Below are positions 58,917 through 64,000 of a DNA stretch of 64,000 bases, in pieces (the first letter of the stretch is position 1; the number at the start of each line of letters is the position of its first letter). Below the pieces are notes generated by a model, which worked only from the letters and a program-made list of their open reading frames with translations, did no database searches and was not told the origin of the DNA. The position numbers were made by a program, and so were the translations under genes. Source of the stretch: a bacterium (lineage in GTDB: Bacteria; UBA8248); NCBI GenBank assembly GCA_965219955.1, contig OZ244799.1, positions 2,624,001 through 2,688,000 of the forward strand, in the 5' to 3' direction.

Positions 58917-59413
58917 GGGGCTGTTGGAAAAGGCATCCTCATCCCGAGTAGGCGCGCTTGCGCGCCGTATCGAGGGACGGGCATGCGCCCTTCGATACGC
59001 CGCCTTCGGCGGCTACTCAGGGTGACGGAAGAAGGGTTTGTGGTGGACACGCAGGGTGAGGGGCGCGGTGGATTCGCCCCTCGGGGCGGAAGCGCGGGTC
59101 CGCCCCTGCGAAGGGTGTGGTTTTGTTCGTCATTCCGGCGAAAGCCGGAATCCATTTGCGGATGCGGACGAATGAACGACGGCGTTTCATTCCCCGCCGA
59201 TGCGCGGGAACCCTGACGAAAAGCAAAAGGCGTAAAAATGGATTCCGGCTTTCGCCGGAATGACGGGTGTTGTGATCTCTCCGGAAGGGTGTCGTAGGGG
59301 CGCTTCGTGAAGCGCCCGTTTCTCCGGCAAGGGCCGTTCTCGAACGTGGGCCGTTCACGAGAACGGCCCACTACGGAACAAACCTCTCCCTCATCGGACT
59401 TTTTCAACGGCCC
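58917..59413. repeat. MITE-like shell with REP cargo
   Basis: GGGCTGTTGGAAAAG..CTTTTTCAACGGCCC ends; inverted GTCATTCCGGCGAAAGCCGGAATCC pair (59129-59153, 59240-59264). Confidence 0.78.
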
Positions 59414-59416
59414 GGA

Positions 59417-59917
59417 TCAGGAGAATTCCTCTTTCAGGATCTCGTGGATGAACCGCTGGACGGCGAGGGGGTAGTACCGGATGTCCGGCGTGCGGACGAC
59501 GGCGGTATCGGTGGTCTCCAGGCGCGCGAGTTCGTTCAGCACCTTCTCCACCAAGACCTCCGGGCTCCACTCGTGGTGGGTGATCTTGAGGTGTTCGTTC
59601 TCGATGTTGAAATTGCCCGCCGCCACGGCGGGGAACGCGAACACGCGGCCGATGAGGTCGGAATCCATCATCTCCGAATCCTCGAAAATTTCGCCGAACG
59701 TCTTCTGCGCCTCGGCGGGCGTCCACACCAGCTTGGGAGAGACCAGCAGCTTGCCGGATATCTGGACCGAGCCCGCCTGCTCTTCCACCTCGGGGCCCAG
59801 CACCCGGTAGCCGAGTTCGTGATAGCCGGACACGATGCCCACGTAAGGCCGCTGGAGGATGCGTATCTCCTCGTTCACCTGCCTGTGGAAATCGCGCTGC
59901 ATGTCGTCGTCGAACAT
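59417..59917 (-). CDS. Hypothetical protein
   Basis: Globular-looking acidic ORF, GGAG before ATG 59917; no family recognised. Confidence 0.7.
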   Translation of the reverse strand: MFDDDMQRDFHRQVNEEIRILQRPYVGIVSGYHELGYRVLGPEVEEQAGSVQISGKLLVSPKLVWTPAEAQKTFGEIFEDSEMMDSDLIGRVFAFPAVAAGNFNIENEHLKITHHEWSPEVLVEKVLNELARLETTDTAVVRTPDIRYYPLAVQRFIHEILKEEFS

Positions 59918-60041
59918 CGAAACGTCTCCGCTGGGAACGAAAACCAAAAAACGCAGGCAGCCGTTGATACCAAATGCCGCTGCGCCGGGTCAAACAAAGC
60001 GGGACCACGGACGCGCCTCTTCTCTATTCTCTTCTTTTTCC

Positions 60042-61478
60042 TCAGGAATTGATAGTCCTGAGATCGCCGAGAATCTTCTCCGCCGCTTCACCCGCCGATT
60101 TCACGCAATCGGGAATCCCGACGCCCCGGTAGGCGTTGCCCGCGAGAGCGAGACCCGGCGTCGCCTCAATCGCGCTTTCCATGCGTTCCACCTTCTCCAA
60201 GTGGCCCACCAGATAATGCGGCAGGGATTCCTCGTAGCGGTAAAAACGGCTCGCCTCGGGTTCTCCGGTGATCCCCAGAATCGGGCGAAGCTCATCGATC
60301 AGCCGCCGGGTCAACTCTTCATCCGAAAGCCCGGCCCGGGAGGCGGCCTCGCCCCCGGCGAAGGCGCGGATGAGCACTTTCCCACCGGGCGCTCTGCCCG
60401 CGAACTTGGTGCTCGAAAACGAGCACGCGAGGAGGGTCTTGTTCTCTATCGCCGGCACGACGAAGCCCATCGCGTGGAGCGGATTCGCCACCTGCCCGGC
60501 CCGGCAGACGAGGTTTAGCGTCGCCAGAGAACCGCTCGGGATGCTCATCAACTCTCCCGAGATGGCGGGTGCTGCTTTCTCCAGCATCCGCGCCGCCGCG
60601 CGGGGCGGCAGGGTGACGCAAACCGCGTCGGCGTCCACCTCCTCTCCGTCCTGCAGGCGAACGCGCCAGCCTTGTTCTTGTCTCTCTAACGCTTCCGCCC
60701 GGCATCCCAAGCGAACCGAGACGCCCCCAATCTTCTCCGCCAGGGCGTCCGCCAGGGCGCCCATGCCGCGCGCGAAACTCACGAACAGGCCGTACCGCGG
60801 CCCGCTCGCCGAGACGCCCTCGCCCGAAACGCGCCTTTGCATCCGCTTCCTGAGTCCCAGGATGAGGCTCCTGTGCTCGCGCTCTATCTCGTGGAACTGC
60901 GGCATGGTGGCTTTCAGGCTTAAAGTTTCAGGGTCGGCCGAATAGATGCCCGCCACCATGGGCTGGGCCATTCTTTCCAACGCCTCGCGCCCGAAACGCC
61001 TGCGCACGAAATCGGCCAGGGATTCATCCGCATCCCCGCGCCTTCCGGGCAGCAGCACGTCCATCGCCATCCTGAGCTTGCCGAGCGGGCTGAAGACAGG
61101 ACTCATCAAGAACGGGCCGATCTGGTATGGCGCGAGAAGGTAATATCCCTGGGGCACGGGGAGCAGTTCGTCGCCCCTTAAGACGAAGCTGCGGCGATGG
61201 CGCTCGTTCGTGCCGATGAGTTGTTCCCCGAGCCCCAGTTCCTCGCACAGCTCGACGCCTTCGGGTTTCGAGGTGAGGAAACAATCGGGGCCTTTCTCCA
61301 TCAGGACGCCGTCTGCGAACTCGGTCTCGATGACGCCGCCGAGCCGGGAAGACGCTTCGATGAGATGAATATCCAGAGAGAGATTCTGCTCTTTGGAAGC
61401 CTTAAGGAGCCGGTAGCAGGCGACAAGCCCCGTAACGCCTCCGCCGAGCACGACCACCCGCCGGGTTTTTGCGGTCAA
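60042..61478 (-). CDS. hemY: Protoporphyrinogen/coproporphyrinogen oxidase (HemY type)
   Basis: GGGVTGL FAD motif, RLGG, EKGPD.F, GIYS.D, GVGIPDCV; TTG start overlapping hemH stop. Confidence 0.93.
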   Translation of the reverse strand: MTAKTRRVVVLGGGVTGLVACYRLLKASKEQNLSLDIHLIEASSRLGGVIETEFADGVLMEKGPDCFLTSKPEGVELCEELGLGEQLIGTNERHRRSFVLRGDELLPVPQGYYLLAPYQIGPFLMSPVFSPLGKLRMAMDVLLPGRRGDADESLADFVRRRFGREALERMAQPMVAGIYSADPETLSLKATMPQFHEIEREHRSLILGLRKRMQRRVSGEGVSASGPRYGLFVSFARGMGALADALAEKIGGVSVRLGCRAEALERQEQGWRVRLQDGEEVDADAVCVTLPPRAAARMLEKAAPAISGELMSIPSGSLATLNLVCRAGQVANPLHAMGFVVPAIENKTLLACSFSSTKFAGRAPGGKVLIRAFAGGEAASRAGLSDEELTRRLIDELRPILGITGEPEASRFYRYEESLPHYLVGHLEKVERMESAIEATPGLALAGNAYRGVGIPDCVKSAGEAAEKILGDLRTINS

Positions 61479-62434
61479 TTTCCGCTCTCCGCCATCTTCG
61501 CGCGCACCAGGTCCGAGAGCATCCCGATGAAGGCGGGGTGCGTGCCCACCGTGGGCGCGCGGTAGAAGCGTAGCCCCGCCTCCTCGGCGGCCTCGCGCGC
61601 CTCGATATCGAGATCGAAGAGCACCTCCACGTGGTCGCATATGAAGCCGACCGGAACGAGCAGGACGGCCTTTGCGCCGCCGGCGGCGCTTTCGATCACG
61701 TCCACCACGTCCGGGCCGAGCCAGGTGCCGGGAGGAACGTCCGGGCTGCTTTGAAAGCCGACCTCGTAGCCCGGCAAACCCAGCTTCTGCGCCGCGAGAG
61801 CCGCCGTCTCGCGGAATTCCTCCTCGTAAGAAGAGGCCTTCGCCATGGAAACGGGTATGGAGTGGGCGGTAAAGATGACTCTCACTTCATCCAGTCCCTC
61901 CTCTTCGGGGAGGGCCTGCCTCATCCGCTCGGCGACGGCGTCGATGAAGCCCGGATGCGTATGCCAGGGCATCTCCAGGAACTCGGTCTCGGGCGCGTCT
62001 GCGCCCAACGCCTCGCGCGCCGACGCGACGGCGCCCCGGTAGGCCTCCCAGCTTATTTTCGTGCGGTGAGGGGCCAGTATGACGCCCAGGGCGTGCCTGA
62101 GTCCGCGCCTGCCCATCTCGGCCAGCGTCTCTTCCACGTAGGGCGTCCAGAAGCGATAGCCCGTATAGACGGGAACGCCCGCGCCCGCTCGTTCGAGCGC
62201 CATCTCGAGTGCGCCCGCCTGTTTCTGGGAGAAAAACGTGAACGGCGAGACGCCGCCGAAATGTTCGTAGTGCGCGGCCACCTCTCTTATGCGTTCGGGG
62301 CCGCCCGACCTCTGTCCCACGATGCCCTCCACGTAGCAATACGCCTCGCCCGGGCATTCCTCGTAGCGGCGGCAGCAGCCCCGCGTGGGGCCGCCGAAGC
62401 CGATCATGATGACGGAATCGAACGGGACTTTCAT
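61475..62434 (-). CDS. hemH: Ferrochelatase
   Basis: GG.SP, FTAHSIP, FQS, WLGPD, GFICDHVEVLFDLD.E. Confidence 0.94.
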   Translation of the reverse strand: MKVPFDSVIMIGFGGPTRGCCRRYEECPGEAYCYVEGIVGQRSGGPERIREVAAHYEHFGGVSPFTFFSQKQAGALEMALERAGAGVPVYTGYRFWTPYVEETLAEMGRRGLRHALGVILAPHRTKISWEAYRGAVASAREALGADAPETEFLEMPWHTHPGFIDAVAERMRQALPEEEGLDEVRVIFTAHSIPVSMAKASSYEEEFRETAALAAQKLGLPGYEVGFQSSPDVPPGTWLGPDVVDVIESAAGGAKAVLLVPVGFICDHVEVLFDLDIEAREAAEEAGLRFYRAPTVGTHPAFIGMLSDLVRAKMAESGN

Positions 62435-63495
62435 CCGGTCCCCGCCTCCCATTCCTGAACGAACGCGATGAGTCTCTTGACGTTGTCGACCGGCGTGCCC
62501 GGCAATATCCCGTGCCCCAGGTTGAAGATGTGGCCCGGACGCGCGGCCCCCTGCCGCAGGATGTCCTCCGCTCGCTCCAGGATATATTCAGGCGCCGCGA
62601 ACAGGACGCACGGGTCGAGATTTCCCTGAACGCCCATATCGCCCAGACGCTCACGAGCGTCGGCCAGTTCCACCCGGAAATCCACCCCCGCCACGTCGCC
62701 GCCCGCTCCCGCGAACGCTTCGAGATAGGGCGCGGTGCCCGTGCCGAAGTGGATGACGGGCGCGCCCTTCTCGATTCCCGCGATCAGCGCGCGACTGTGG
62801 GGCAGGACGAACTCCCGGAAATCGCCCGGCGAGAGGCAACCCACCCAGCTGTCGAAAATCTGCACCGCCTGCGCGCCCGCGCGAATCTGTTCGTTCAGGT
62901 AGACGCTCAGCCCGCGCACGAGTTTTTCCATGAGCGCGTGCCACGCGCCCGAATCGGCGTACATGAGCCTCTTGGTATTCTCGAAATTGCGCGAGCCGCC
63001 GCCTTCGATCATGTACGACGCCAGCGTGAAGGGCGCGCCGCAAAAGCCGATGAGCGGAAGGGCGGGGTTCATCCCCTCCCTGGTCTTCCGGACCGCCTCG
63101 AAGACAAAGCCGAGGCTCTCGCGCGGCTCCGCTTCTCTCAACCGCTCCACGTCCCGAGCCTCCCGGACCGGGTTGTGGAGAACGGGGCCGCCCTCCGGGT
63201 ATTCCAGGTCCATGCCCATGGGTTGCAGGATGAGCAGAATGTCCGAGAACAGGATGGCGGCGTCCGCACCGATGGCGTCTAAGGCCGTGACGGCGACCTC
63301 GGCGGCCAGATCGGGCGTGCGGCAAAGCTCGATGAAGGAGACCTTCTCGCGCACGGCGCGGTACTCGCGCATGTACCTGCCCGCCTGACGCATGAGCCAG
63401 ACGGGCGTCCTCGCGTTGGGCAGCCCCCGGCAGGCGCGCATGAAGGCGGAATCCGCATGCGCGGGCGCGTTTTCCACTGCTGGGTGCGCCGGCAT
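62431..63495 (-). CDS. hemE: Uroporphyrinogen decarboxylase
   Basis: PVWLMRQAGRY, AAILFSDIL, GAPFTLASY, FDSW, FNLGHG. Confidence 0.97.
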   Translation of the reverse strand: MPAHPAVENAPAHADSAFMRACRGLPNARTPVWLMRQAGRYMREYRAVREKVSFIELCRTPDLAAEVAVTALDAIGADAAILFSDILLILQPMGMDLEYPEGGPVLHNPVREARDVERLREAEPRESLGFVFEAVRKTREGMNPALPLIGFCGAPFTLASYMIEGGGSRNFENTKRLMYADSGAWHALMEKLVRGLSVYLNEQIRAGAQAVQIFDSWVGCLSPGDFREFVLPHSRALIAGIEKGAPVIHFGTGTAPYLEAFAGAGGDVAGVDFRVELADARERLGDMGVQGNLDPCVLFAAPEYILERAEDILRQGAARPGHIFNLGHGILPGTPVDNVKRLIAFVQEWEAGTG

Positions 63496-63770
63496 GAACC
63501 CCTCCCGTGAATGAGTGAAAACCCGGCCGCCCCGGTTTTCGCTGCGGCGGCCGCAGGGGCGGTTCGCGAACCGCCCTCCTCCATCCCGTCACGTCCGCGC
63601 TTCCCGGGGAATGACGGGCCCTGGAAGGCCAGTCTAATCCAAAAGCCGCGCGCTCGCCTATCGGGAGAGCGGTATGGACATCGAGTGAGAAAACCGCCGC
63701 TCGCTGGACAACGCCGGTTCAGGTAGGATAATAAAGATTCTTGATTTCGGGCGTCACGCCCCGACACCCC

Positions 63771-63845
63771 GGCGCCATAGCCAAGTGGTAAGGCAGAGGA
63801 CTGCAAATCCTTTATTCCCCGGTTCGAATCCGGGTGGCGCCTCCA
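63771..63845 (+). tRNA. tRNA-Cys (GCA)
   Basis: GGCGCCA/TGGCGCC acceptor stem, anticodon loop CTGCAAA, GTTCGAATC T-arm, encoded CCA. Confidence 0.96.
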
Positions 63846-64000
63846 ACTGAATCCGCCGGTATTAGCCCTCTCTAACAGGCGAGGAGTCATGCAACCGAAA
63901 CCATACTTTTACATTATTTACTAGCTCTATCGTTCAACCATTCTTTGGCACGGCGAAAAGCCATTTCTTTTAAAATGGGCGGCACCTTTTTCGAAAGGGC

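Noticed and set aside
22573-59413. CRISPR array or integron attC cassettes
   Set aside because: Repeats are dispersed inverted palindromes without regular spacers; no cas genes; the integrases have an arm-type domain rather than IntI features; no attC boxes around genes
63771-63845. tRNA-Cys as att site for the tandem integrases
   Set aside because: No duplicate of its 3' end was noticed in the window, and it is 56 kb away across core genes

Overview
GC-rich bacterial window with two halves. About 1-31 kb is a decaying accessory island of surface lipoproteins that end in a TbpB-like barrel, most also carrying HEXXH metalloprotease domains. It also holds two tandem tyrosine integrases, IS256 copies and remnants, a collagen-like plus PRTase gene pair, and a nested stack of mobile elements. 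The stack is a group II intron (about 10514-16218) hit by three elements. (i) An IS1111-type IS110 element whose non-coding right end contains guide-like segments matching its insertion site in the intron RNA. (ii) A 2.2-kb large-serine-recombinase element inserted precisely into the conserved PQGGVISP codons of the intron RT; excision would restore the RT frame and swap the recombinase C-terminus. (iii) An IS66/DUF4338 element abutting the intron 3' end, itself interrupted by IS256. About 31-64 kb is metabolic or housekeeping: a deaminase, a creatininase, FitAB/VapBC, a DUF1302-DUF1329-YCF48-RND cluster, a sugar-type ABC transporter, USP, LLM oxidoreductases, an aldolase, an FAH protein, LeuCD-like genes, hemE-hemH-hemY and tRNA-Cys. 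Its intergenic spaces are filled with mosaic REP-like palindromes and MITE-like shells inserted into REP hairpin loops. Gene content suggests a host-associated symbiont (inference only). All family calls come from motif recognition by eye; no database search was run.
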